Assembly: GCF_051201565.1 (NCBI RefSeq)
Contig: NZ_CP179200.1
Span: 1,410,001 to 1,442,000, forward strand
Length of the DNA: 32,000 bases
Origin: Pseudothioglobus sp. nBUS_23
Lineage (GTDB): Bacteria > Pseudomonadota > Gammaproteobacteria > PS1 > Pseudothioglobaceae
Reading direction: 5' to 3'
Under the pieces are notes generated by a model, which ran no database searches, was not told where the DNA came from, and was given only the letters and a program-made list of their open reading frames with translations. Shown here piece by piece: positions 1-7,899 of the stretch (within the stretch, counting starts at the first letter, position 1; every line of letters starts with the position of its first letter). Made by a program: the position numbers and the translations under genes.

Positions 1-621
1 AATCCATTCTTTACTGACCTTATTAAAATCTTGCGCACCATAGAGGTAGCGATAGTCTTCATCTGAAATTTTAATAATATCAACCTTGTAGGTAAGCTCA
101 ATAAAGCGAGCTATATAGTTCTGTTTGTTTTCAATAAAGTCAGGGCGCACGTTTGCATCAAAATAAATCGGTAAATATCCTGATACTTGTTCAATAAGCC
201 ACTGCCAACTCGATCCACAAGGCTCTGCTTGAAGACTGATTCCTCCAACCAGTAATGCCTCTGCCTTCTTTACTCTATTGATAAATGGGTTTAAGCTCTT
301 TTGATCTAATAGTCGTCCAGCTGAGTGCTCATCAACAAAGGTGTACTCTGCTATGCCATTAACAACGTCTGCATAGGCAAGCGTGGTTGGCCTATTGGTC
401 TTAATGACAAAGTCTTCCTTCACTTCAGAATGCCTTAATGTATTCTCTATAAGTTCCCCATAACTGTCATTGGATACGGCGCCAAAATAATAGCTATCAG
501 CCCCCAACCGGCCAAGTGCAATTGATGAGTTGAAATTACTTCCTCCAACATGAGGAGTATATTCAGGCTCTCCTTTGAAAGAAACCATATCGATTAAGGA
601 TTCGCCGGCGCAGATAATCAT
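1..621 (-). CDS. PfkB-family sugar kinase (fructokinase-like); C-terminus lies beyond the window edge
   Basis: Absent from the ORF track because it runs off the window. My reverse-strand translation from the ATG at 621-619 stays open to position 1 (207 codons): MIICAGESLIDMVSFKGEPEYTPHVGGSNFNSSIALGRLGADSYYFGAVSNDSYGE...LPIYFDANVRPDF...VDIIKISDEDYRYL. This matches PfkB fructokinase signatures (N-terminal GEsLID, GG-N-A-LgRLG, FDxNxRP, K-S-DEE). Confidence 0.8.
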   Translation of the reverse strand, partial: MIICAGESLIDMVSFKGEPEYTPHVGGSNFNSSIALGRLGADSYYFGAVSNDSYGELIENTLRHSEVKEDFVIKTNRPTTLAYADVVNGIAEYTFVDEHSAGRLLDQKSLNPFINRVKKAEALLVGGISLQAEPCGSSWQWLIEQVSGYLPIYFDANVRPDFIENKQNYIARFIELTYKVDIIKISDEDYRYLYGAQDFNKVSKEWI

Positions 622-716
622 TTAGACTTTAAACTTTTTTACATATTAAATCGTAATTTTACAATACGCTCTCTTAAGCATTTAGATATTGAATGAGTAA
701 TTAGAAAGTTTAAAAA

Positions 717-1064
717 CTATAAAAGACGTGAACCATTATCGATAGGTAAATCATTAGTAGCTAGCACCACTGAATTATCGAGACGATAAAATCCCAGAAC
801 CAAGCACTCACTCATAATTGGGCCAACCTGTTTGGGCGCAAAATTTACGACGCCCATAACTTGCTTATCTTGCAGTTGTTCCTTGTTATATAGGTCTGTA
901 ATTTGTGAACTTGATTTTTTTATTCCAATTTCAGAGCCAAAGTCAACATGGAGAATGTAAGCAGGCTTTCTGGCCTCTGGAAAATCCTCAACCTTGATTA
1001 TCGTTCCAATTCTTATATCAACTTTTTCAAAATCTTGCCATGTAATGGTCACATCATCTCCCAT
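717..1064 (-). CDS. csaA: CsaA-like tRNA-binding domain protein (Trbp111/EMAP fold)
   Basis: The 115-aa product (DFEKVDIRIGTIIKVEDFPEARKPAYILHVDFGSEIGIKKSSSQIT...KQVMGVVNFAPKQVGPIMSECLVLG) closely follows the B. subtilis CsaA pattern (DFEKLDIRTGTI..AEEFPEAR.PA..L.IDFG.EIG.K.SSAQIT..VNF.P). Its ATG overlaps the upstream stop codon (TAATG). Confidence 0.85.
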   Translation of the reverse strand: MGDDVTITWQDFEKVDIRIGTIIKVEDFPEARKPAYILHVDFGSEIGIKKSSSQITDLYNKEQLQDKQVMGVVNFAPKQVGPIMSECLVLGFYRLDNSVVLATNDLPIDNGSRLL

Positions 1065-2077
1065 TATTGCTCTCCAAGTAGCTGATTTAATCCATTTTCT
1101 AATGCTAAAGTAAAGCCTTTATCATTGCCTGGATTGGCAGCGCAATGACCAAATGGTGAATCAAAGGGTCTGAATTCAACATTTGCTATAAAGCTAGCTT
1201 CAATGGCATTATCTTCAGGAGGAAAATATAAATCTTGAGAACACGGCATCAGAATGGTTTTAGCCTTTATTGATTTAAGTGCCATCTCAAAATTGCCATT
1301 ATAAATCGGACCAATACTAATGTCACTGGTCTGCCAAGTCCTTAGCTTAGAAATAAGGTTGTTGGCATCCCAATTTGTAGCGTGGTCTTCTTCCCAATCA
1401 ACCAATAAATCCTCAAATGACTCAAAACCTAGTGTTTTATAGAGTGAGTCTCGATAGAACGTTTGGGAAAAAGCCCATCCCGCATAAACTCTCGCAAATG
1501 CTTTTAGTCCATCAACAGGAGGTGAGCTATAGTCTCCATTATTCCAGTGTTGGTCTGCGCAAAGTGCCGCCCTTACACCTTCAAGAAATACAAAGTTGTG
1601 TGGTGAAGTTTTTGCAGAGGCGCAGAAGGGCAAAATAGCATCAACAAAATCAGGGTACTGGGCAGCCCACTGATAAGCTTGGCAGCCGGCCATTGACCAT
1701 CCTGTCACCAGAGCAATCCTATTTACTCCTAATGCCTCAGTCAGAAGTCGATACTGGCATGCAATATTATCCCAGAGTGAAACATGAGGGAACCTTGGGC
1801 CATCCTGAGGAGACTCAGTATTGCTTGGAGAGGAAGAAATTCCATTACCAAACATATTAATTGAAACAATGAAGTGCCTATCAGGATCTATGGCTCTTTC
1901 AGGACCGAAGAATCCTTCATTTCTTTGATGTGATCCAGTATAAAAGGTAGGCAAGACAACAACATTACTTTTATTGGCATCCAATTTGCCGTAGGTTTTA
2001 TAGGCCAAGAACGCAGAACTTAATACCTCTCCAGAGAGAAGAGTTACATCGCCTAGTTCAAATTTATCATAGCCCAT
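1064..2077 (-). CDS. MetX-like (homoserine O-acetyltransferase family) alpha/beta-hydrolase/acyltransferase, substrate unknown
   Basis: 337 aa. It has the nucleophile elbow GWSMAG, a later acidic residue (SQDLYFPPED) and a C-terminal SPFGHCAA His motif, laid out as in MetX (GGSMGG ... GHDAFL). Size and N-terminal region (F.L..G..L....LAYKTYGKL) also fit the MetX family. Confidence 0.65.
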   Translation of the reverse strand: MGYDKFELGDVTLLSGEVLSSAFLAYKTYGKLDANKSNVVVLPTFYTGSHQRNEGFFGPERAIDPDRHFIVSINMFGNGISSSPSNTESPQDGPRFPHVSLWDNIACQYRLLTEALGVNRIALVTGWSMAGCQAYQWAAQYPDFVDAILPFCASAKTSPHNFVFLEGVRAALCADQHWNNGDYSSPPVDGLKAFARVYAGWAFSQTFYRDSLYKTLGFESFEDLLVDWEEDHATNWDANNLISKLRTWQTSDISIGPIYNGNFEMALKSIKAKTILMPCSQDLYFPPEDNAIEASFIANVEFRPFDSPFGHCAANPGNDKGFTLALENGLNQLLGEQ

Positions 2078-2092
2078 TTCAGCAAATTTTTA

Positions 2093-3406
2093 TCAACAGT
2101 CTAGAGTATTATCTCTCTCCCATTGACTGAGATGTGATGAATAGTCATTCCATTGACTTTGCTTAAGCTTGATATAAGCATCAATTAATTCATCTCCAAG
2201 ACTTTCTCTCAAGACATCACTCCCCTCAAGAAGTCTTAAGGCATCTAGTAGATTTTTTGGAAGTTGCTTGTAACCCTCAATATCTTTACCAAGTTCATAC
2301 ATATTAATATCTAATGGATTACCAGGATCTCGGTTTGCAGCTATTCCATCTAGTCCGCATGCGAGAATAGCAGCCTGCATAAGGTAAGCATTTGCAGCGC
2401 CATCCATGAGTCTCAATTCAAATCTACCAGAGTCTGGGACTCGAATCATATGAGTGCGATTATTCCCTCCATAAGTAATTGAACTTGGAGACCATGTTGC
2501 ACCAGAGAGAGTTCTTGGAGCATTTATTCGTTTATAACTATTCACGGTTGGATTAAAGATTGCTGTCAATCTATCTGCACTATGCATAATGCCGCCTAAG
2601 AACTGATATGCCAAAGAAGATAGTCCTAGTCCCCTGCTATCATCATCTCCATTAAAGAGATTTTTAGAGCCATCCAGGCTCCAGATAGAGAGGTGAGAGT
2701 GACAACCATTGCCCGTCAAGTGGCTGAATGGTTTTGGCATAAATGTAGCACGCATTCCATGAAGTTCTGCTATTGATTTCACCATAAATTTAAAAAATAC
2801 TTGACGATCAGCAGTGGTCAACGCATCATCAAAATCCCAGTTCATCTCAAATTGACCATTAGCATCCTCGTGATCATTTTGATAGGGACCCCAACCGAGC
2901 TCGATCATGCTGTCGCATATTTGTTTAATGACTGGATATTGACGCATCAACGCTTGCTGGTCATAGCAAGGCTTACTCTGTTGATCTTTGTCATCTGCGA
3001 TGTCTGTGCCATCATCATTAATTAGATGGTATTCGCATTCAACACCGGTCTTCATTCTAAAGCCTTGCTTTTCAGCTTCAGCAAGCTGCCTCTTTAATGC
3101 AACTCTTGGTGATGCCTCGACTGGCTTTCCATCCATCCATAAGTCAGAGGCTAGCCAAGCAACTTCTGGCTTCCATGGCAATTGAATCAAACTGTCTGGA
3201 TCAGGAATAGCAAACATATCTGGGTGTGCAGGAGTCATGTCAAGCCATGCTGCAAAACCAGCAAAACCAGCACCTTCATCTTGCATACCTTCAATCGCTC
3301 TAGCAGGCACTAATTTGGAGCGCAAACTTCCAAATAAATCCACAAAACTTATCAGAAAATATTCAATCCCTCTTTCTTTAGCTACTTTACTAAGTTTAGT
3401 TGCCAT
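2093..3406 (-). CDS. glnT: Glutamine-synthetase family ligase, GlnT (type III) / gamma-glutamylmethylamide synthetase (GmaS)-like
   Basis: 437 aa. GS catalytic motifs are present: GVECEYHLI (ExE), HEDANGQFEMNWDF, FMPKPFSHLTGNGCHSHLSIW, NSYKRI, NNRTHMIRVP, RFELRLMD. The GlnA ammonium-site FDGSS reads FAGFA on by-eye alignment. The SD-like TAGGAG sits 6 nt upstream of the ATG. Size and position next to glxBCD-type genes match the GlnT/GmaS family. Confidence 0.75.
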   Translation of the reverse strand: MATKLSKVAKERGIEYFLISFVDLFGSLRSKLVPARAIEGMQDEGAGFAGFAAWLDMTPAHPDMFAIPDPDSLIQLPWKPEVAWLASDLWMDGKPVEASPRVALKRQLAEAEKQGFRMKTGVECEYHLINDDGTDIADDKDQQSKPCYDQQALMRQYPVIKQICDSMIELGWGPYQNDHEDANGQFEMNWDFDDALTTADRQVFFKFMVKSIAELHGMRATFMPKPFSHLTGNGCHSHLSIWSLDGSKNLFNGDDDSRGLGLSSLAYQFLGGIMHSADRLTAIFNPTVNSYKRINAPRTLSGATWSPSSITYGGNNRTHMIRVPDSGRFELRLMDGAANAYLMQAAILACGLDGIAANRDPGNPLDINMYELGKDIEGYKQLPKNLLDALRLLEGSDVLRESLGDELIDAYIKLKQSQWNDYSSHLSQWERDNTLDC

Positions 3407-3443
3407 AAATACTCCTATCTTTACTGTCTCAAAAAATTAATGC

Positions 3444-4766
3444 CTATACTCCATTCTTTCCAGGAATCCATCCGGTCCCAGCCAATGGAACACCGGCCAT
3501 TGCAGCCGCCTCCATTGTTAATGCTACCATATCTTCTGGCTCCAAATTATGGACGTGGCTTTTGCCACACGCTCTCGCCAAAGTTTGAAGTTCCAGAGTC
3601 AACACATTAAGATAGTTAGCCAGACGACGGCCTCCCAATTTAGGATCTAAGCGCTTTGCTAGCTCGGGATCCTGCGTTGTAATTCCAGCTGGATCATTGC
3701 CTTGTTGGTAATCATCCCAAAAGCCTGCTGCAGATCCAATCGCTTTATAGTCTTCATCAAACTCAGGACTCTGGTCGCCCAAGGCTATTAATGCTGCTGT
3801 TCCTATTGCAACTGCATCAGCTCCAAGCGCAAGTGCTTTTGCAACATCAGCACCACTCCTGATGCCACCAGATACAATCAGCTGGACTTTGCGATGCATA
3901 TCCATTTCTTGCAATGCTTCTACTGCCATTCTAACTGCTGGCAATGTTGGAATCCCTACATGCTCAATAAAGACATCCTGAGTTGCAGCAGTACCGCCCT
4001 GCATTCCGTCAACAACAACAACATCTGCCCCTGCTTTAACGGCAAGAGTAACATCATAAAATACGCGTGTTGCCCCAACTTTGACATAAATCGGTTTTTC
4101 CCAATTAGTAATTTCTCTGAGCTCTTGAATTTTGATTTCAAGATCATCAGGGCCAGTCCAGTCTGGATGGCGACAGGCTGATCTCTGATCAATACCCTCA
4201 GGCAAATTTCTCATTTGTGCTACTCGAGGAGAAATTTTTTGACCCAAAAGCATGCCACCGCCCCCAGGCTTTGCACCCTGACCAAGAACTATTTCAATTG
4301 CATCTGCTCTTCTTAAGTCGTCAGGATTCATTCCATATCTTGAGGGCAGATATTGATAAACAAGAGTCTTTGAATGACCTCTTTCTTCAGGAGTCATTCC
4401 TCCATCGCCTGTTGTAGTACTTGTTCCAGCAATGGTTGCACCTCGCCCCAAGGACTCTTTAGCCTGAGCAGAGAGGGAACCAAAACTCATTCCAGCAATC
4501 GTTATAGGGGTCTTCAAATGGATAGGTTTCTTTGCAAATCGATTTCCAAGGACAACTTCAGTCGTGCATTTTTCTCTATAACCTTCTAAGGGGTAACGTG
4601 AAGTTGAAGCACCTAAAAAAACCAAGTCATCGAAGGTAGGTATCTCTCTCTTAGCGCCAAAACCTCGAATATCATAAATACCCGTTTTTGCAGCGCGTTG
4701 AATTTCAGCAATGACGTGCCTAGGAAAAGTTGCTGACTCAATTAATGTTGGATTGTCTTTACTCAT
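3444..4766 (-). CDS. FMN-binding glutamate-synthase-family protein (GlxD / N-methylglutamate synthase subunit C-like)
   Basis: It shows the GltB FMN-domain pattern (GQGAKPGGGGMLLGQKISPRVA..., VVVDGMQGGTAAT, SGGIRSGADVAKALALGADAV). I moved the start from the ORF-track 4850 to the ATG at 4766 (MSKDNPTLIE...). That ATG is preceded by AAGGAGAA and lies directly after the upstream TAA, which removes a 71-nt overlap. The product is then 440 aa. Confidence 0.85.
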   Translation of the reverse strand: MSKDNPTLIESATFPRHVIAEIQRAAKTGIYDIRGFGAKREIPTFDDLVFLGASTSRYPLEGYREKCTTEVVLGNRFAKKPIHLKTPITIAGMSFGSLSAQAKESLGRGATIAGTSTTTGDGGMTPEERGHSKTLVYQYLPSRYGMNPDDLRRADAIEIVLGQGAKPGGGGMLLGQKISPRVAQMRNLPEGIDQRSACRHPDWTGPDDLEIKIQELREITNWEKPIYVKVGATRVFYDVTLAVKAGADVVVVDGMQGGTAATQDVFIEHVGIPTLPAVRMAVEALQEMDMHRKVQLIVSGGIRSGADVAKALALGADAVAIGTAALIALGDQSPEFDEDYKAIGSAAGFWDDYQQGNDPAGITTQDPELAKRLDPKLGGRRLANYLNVLTLELQTLARACGKSHVHNLEPEDMVALTMEAAAMAGVPLAGTGWIPGKNGV

Positions 4767-4779
4767 AAATCTTTTCTCC

Positions 4780-5454
4780 TTAATAGTCGTCGACTTGGTC
4801 GATATCGAAGTTATATAATTTACGTGCTGAACCATATCGACGGAACTCATCTACACTGTAATTCATTTGCGCCATTTCTAACAGATTTGCTAACTCTTCC
4901 TTGTGTTCTTTTTTCATTTCTTTTTCTTCGCAATCTGTTCCTAAGCTTTTGACCTTACCTCGGACATAGATTTTTGTTTCGTAAATAGAGTCTCCCATTG
5001 CATCACCTGCATCTCCACAAACAACAAGAGTCCCTGACTGAGCCATAAAGGCACTCATGTGGCCGATATTACCGCCCACTACTATATTGACACCCTTCAT
5101 TGATATGCCGCATCGCGAACTGGCATCCCCCTCAATAACTAGCAAGCCGCCATGGGCAGTAGCGCCCGCATACTGAGAGGCATTACCAGTCACACGGACT
5201 TGACCAGACATCATATTCTCTGCAAGTCCAGGCCCAGCATTTCCATTAATTTTTATAGATGCCTCTTGATTCATTCCTGCACAGTAATAACCGACATGGC
5301 CATTGATCTCCACATTAATATCTTTTGTGAGTCCTACAGATAGTGCATGCTTACCAACAGTGTTATTAACTGTAAAATTATCGCCCGAAGAGCCAACTTG
5401 TAACTTCTGATTTAACTCTCTAATACTGCTCTGATTCAAATCTATTGTGGCCAT
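4780..5454 (-). CDS. GXGXG-motif glutamate-synthase C-terminal-domain protein (GlxC / N-methylglutamate synthase subunit B-like)
   Basis: 224 aa with repeated beta-helix G-rich motifs (INGHVGYYCAGMN, INGNAGPGLAENM, VTGNASQYAGATAHGG, VVGGNIGHMSAFMAQSG, VVCGDAGDAMG) typical of the GltB GXGXG domain. AAAGGAG lies upstream of the ATG. The gene starts 2 nt after the upstream stop. Confidence 0.85.
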   Translation of the reverse strand: MATIDLNQSSIRELNQKLQVGSSGDNFTVNNTVGKHALSVGLTKDINVEINGHVGYYCAGMNQEASIKINGNAGPGLAENMMSGQVRVTGNASQYAGATAHGGLLVIEGDASSRCGISMKGVNIVVGGNIGHMSAFMAQSGTLVVCGDAGDAMGDSIYETKIYVRGKVKSLGTDCEEKEMKKEHKEELANLLEMAQMNYSVDEFRRYGSARKLYNFDIDQVDDY

Positions 5455-5456
5455 AT

Positions 5457-6350
5457 TTAACTCCTTTTCCAGCTATAAATCTGAGTCGGTTCAGGCTCCC
5501 AAATGCGAGCATTTTCAGCACCTGGAAGTGTTGCAATGGCGCGATACTCTGATGACATAGCTGCCCAGTCATCGGTCTCAGCCATAATTGCAGGCTTACA
5601 TCCAATCGGATCTCGCATCACAGCAAATCCATCCTTAGTGCCGATGGCAAAAGTGTAAAAACCATCTAAATCCTCTATTGCATGATTCAATGCCTGATCC
5701 AAGTCATCCCCCTCACTCAAACGCCAACTCAAGTAACCTGCAGCTACCTCACTATCATTATCAGTTTTGAACTGGACGCCTGCACGTTTAAGGGTTTCAC
5801 GAAGACGATTATGATTTGAGAGAGAGCCATTATGCACTAGACACAAATCCTGACCAGTAGAAAATGGGTGAGAGTGCTCTGTAGTAATCGCGCTTTCAGT
5901 TGCCATACGTGTATGTCCTAGGGCGTGAGTACCTGTCATATTCTTGATATCAAATTGCTCTATAAAATCAGAAGGATTTCCCTTTCCCTTAAAGATTTCA
6001 ATATTACTACCAGCGCTGGTTACACTTAACGCATTCCAGTTGTCATGGAGCCATGCATCTACTTCATTAAGTGACGCCCCAAGTGAAAGAACTGCATGGT
6101 TCTGGTTGACATAGAACTTAATCACTGAAAAATTAGAACTGACAGCATTTTCAAAGCCTGCCCAATCAAAATCAGCATCTTGGGCAAGCACAGTAACTTT
6201 ACAGCCCTTCTCATTGGGGTCTCTATAGACAGCCATACCAGCACTATCTGGACCACGCTCTGTCATCTCACTCAGCATAGGAGCTACGAGAGCTCCCAAT
6301 TGCGATTCAAGCTCTGGATTTTTAATAAAAAGTCCAACAATTCCACACAT
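5457..6350 (-). CDS. Class-II (Ntn) glutamine amidotransferase-domain protein (GlxB / N-methylglutamate synthase subunit A-like)
   Basis: 297 aa starting MCGIVGLF (catalytic Cys directly after the initiator Met, as in the GltB/PurF Ntn amidotransferase domain). It also has HTRMATES and HNGSLSNH motifs. GGAG lies upstream of the ATG. Confidence 0.85.
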   Translation of the reverse strand: MCGIVGLFIKNPELESQLGALVAPMLSEMTERGPDSAGMAVYRDPNEKGCKVTVLAQDADFDWAGFENAVSSNFSVIKFYVNQNHAVLSLGASLNEVDAWLHDNWNALSVTSAGSNIEIFKGKGNPSDFIEQFDIKNMTGTHALGHTRMATESAITTEHSHPFSTGQDLCLVHNGSLSNHNRLRETLKRAGVQFKTDNDSEVAAGYLSWRLSEGDDLDQALNHAIEDLDGFYTFAIGTKDGFAVMRDPIGCKPAIMAETDDWAAMSSEYRAIATLPGAENARIWEPEPTQIYSWKRS

Positions 6351-6451
6351 ATTTACTCCAATTATAAAACCTATTTTTGAATCAAAAGCAACTCAAAAAA
6401 AAGATAGTTTAAATTAAAAAGAACTCTTATTTTTGGCAATAACTTTATTAT

Positions 6452-7870
6452 CTAGTAAAGCCTCAAAAATTCTTGAACTTCCCAGTCAGTAACTGCCTGG
6501 TGGTATCTATCCCACTCATCTTTTTTATATGAGAAAAATTGGAGTAGCATTGAATCACCCAAGACTTCCTTTGCAAAATCATCTTTGTTCAGAGCCTCAA
6601 TCGCCTCTAAAAGGTTTCGAGGGAGTGATTTAATATTTGATGCCTCCATTTCTTCAGGGCTCAAAGTATAAAGATTTAGATTTAAGGGTTGACCAGGGTC
6701 AATTTTATTTTTAATTCCATCTAACGCTGCCGCAGTTGTTAGCGCTAGAGACAGGTATGGATTCATGCACATATCTGCTGCACGATTTTCAATACAGAAA
6801 CGGTTCTGAGGAAGACGAATCATGCAAGAGCGATTGTTGTCTCCATAGGCCATTGTGGTCGGCGCCCATGTATAAACTCCTCCCTCAAATCCTCCCACGA
6901 TTGGAACAAGTCCATTGTATGAGTTGACCGTTGAGCAGGCAACTGCTGTAATTGAAGTGCCGTGCTTAATCAAGCCTCCAACAGCATGGTAGGCTAAGTC
7001 AGAAAACTTACCATCTTTTCCTTCAAAGATATTTTTATTGTCTTTATTGCTCGTCATACTAAAGTTAATATGGGCGCCGGATCTCCAGTCACCAATGGTT
7101 GGCTTTGGCATAAAGGTAATAAACATCCCATATTTTTTAGCCACTTCTTTGAGTAGAACTCTCAAGAAAACTAATCGATCCGCCATCTGAAGAATGTTGG
7201 TATAGGTAAAGTCTAATTCAAATTGTGAATACGCACCCTCACAGACAACATCCTTCATTTCCCAACCAAGGTCATTGACGATATCTATTAGTTCTTTGAG
7301 AAACTCCATAGAATCGATCGAGTACTCAACGTCATATCCAAAGGCTTGCCTTCTTGGACGAAGACCTTCTCCAGGCAATGGATCGTCATCGATAGCTTTA
7401 ACGGGTTGACCATCCTCATAGCGCATTGCAATAAACTCTGGCTCAATCCCACAAAAAGCCTTATAGCCTGCATCATCTGCATTTTGAACAGCTCTTTTAA
7501 GGGTCTGACGAGGGCATAAATTATATGGTTCACCCTCCCACCACAAATCAGAAAAAACCCAAACACAAGTTTTATCCCAAGGACAAATAACTAAACTGTC
7601 TAGATCAGGGACAGGAATTTGATCTGAGTCATTTGGCCCTAGCTCTGGAACAAAGGAGACTGAATGGACAGCAAATTGTGGTCCTTTTCCAGCACATAGT
7701 GCCTCGAATTCGGCAAAAGGGATTGGCTTTGTTTTTGGAAGACCAAGCATATCAATCCAACAAGAAAGTATATATTTTATGCCTGCCTTTTCGAGCCTTG
7801 CTTTTTCTTCTGCAACACGTTTTTTAGAGGGAAGTGCATCTTCCATCTTGGTATGGTAAATTCTATTCAT
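6452..7870 (-). CDS. Divergent glutamine-synthetase-family ATP-dependent amide ligase (gamma-glutamyl-amine synthetase candidate)
   Basis: 472 aa. GS-core motifs are present but altered: GIEPEFIAM (ExE), CEGAYSQFELDF (HE replaced by CE), FMPKPTIGDWRSGAHINFSM (GSII-like HxN instead of HxH), NSYNGL (instead of NSYKRL), NNRSCMIRLP, IENRAAD. A strong SD (AAGGAGAT) lies upstream of the ATG at 7870. Confidence 0.7.
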   Translation of the reverse strand: MNRIYHTKMEDALPSKKRVAEEKARLEKAGIKYILSCWIDMLGLPKTKPIPFAEFEALCAGKGPQFAVHSVSFVPELGPNDSDQIPVPDLDSLVICPWDKTCVWVFSDLWWEGEPYNLCPRQTLKRAVQNADDAGYKAFCGIEPEFIAMRYEDGQPVKAIDDDPLPGEGLRPRRQAFGYDVEYSIDSMEFLKELIDIVNDLGWEMKDVVCEGAYSQFELDFTYTNILQMADRLVFLRVLLKEVAKKYGMFITFMPKPTIGDWRSGAHINFSMTSNKDNKNIFEGKDGKFSDLAYHAVGGLIKHGTSITAVACSTVNSYNGLVPIVGGFEGGVYTWAPTTMAYGDNNRSCMIRLPQNRFCIENRAADMCMNPYLSLALTTAAALDGIKNKIDPGQPLNLNLYTLSPEEMEASNIKSLPRNLLEAIEALNKDDFAKEVLGDSMLLQFFSYKKDEWDRYHQAVTDWEVQEFLRLY

Positions 7871-7899
7871 TCTATCTCCTTCTATTTTCTCTAATAATA

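Noticed and set aside
4767-4850. A 28-codon N-terminal extension of the FMN-domain (GlxD-like) ORF that overlaps the upstream GXGXG gene by 71 nt.
   Set aside because: The internal ATG at 4766 has a strong SD (AAGGAGAA) placed right after the upstream stop, and the conserved protein begins there. The extension (MSSVDMVQHVNYITSISTKSTTIKEKRF) has no family resemblance.
6351-6451. The 101-nt gap between the 472-aa ligase gene and the amidotransferase gene. I checked it for a glutamine (glnA-type) riboswitch, a terminator (U8 run at about 6401-6408 on the minus strand) or an internal promoter (TATAAT about 10 nt before the ATG).
   Set aside because: No GC-containing conserved riboswitch core or stable stem is visible, since the segment is almost pure A/T. 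The U-run is not preceded by a convincing hairpin. A transcript from the TATAAT would lack the SD. Weak attenuation cannot be excluded, but the sequence alone does not support it.
2093-7870. The possibility that the GlxBCD-like genes plus GS-like genes are simply the housekeeping GS/GOGAT ammonia assimilation system.
   Set aside because: The three GltB domains are split into separate proteins. No GltD-type NADPH small subunit is present. Both GS-like proteins lack the Asp/Ser ammonium-site residues on by-eye alignment. This matches the GlnT-GlxBCD/GmaS-Mgs family rather than GlnA-GltBD.
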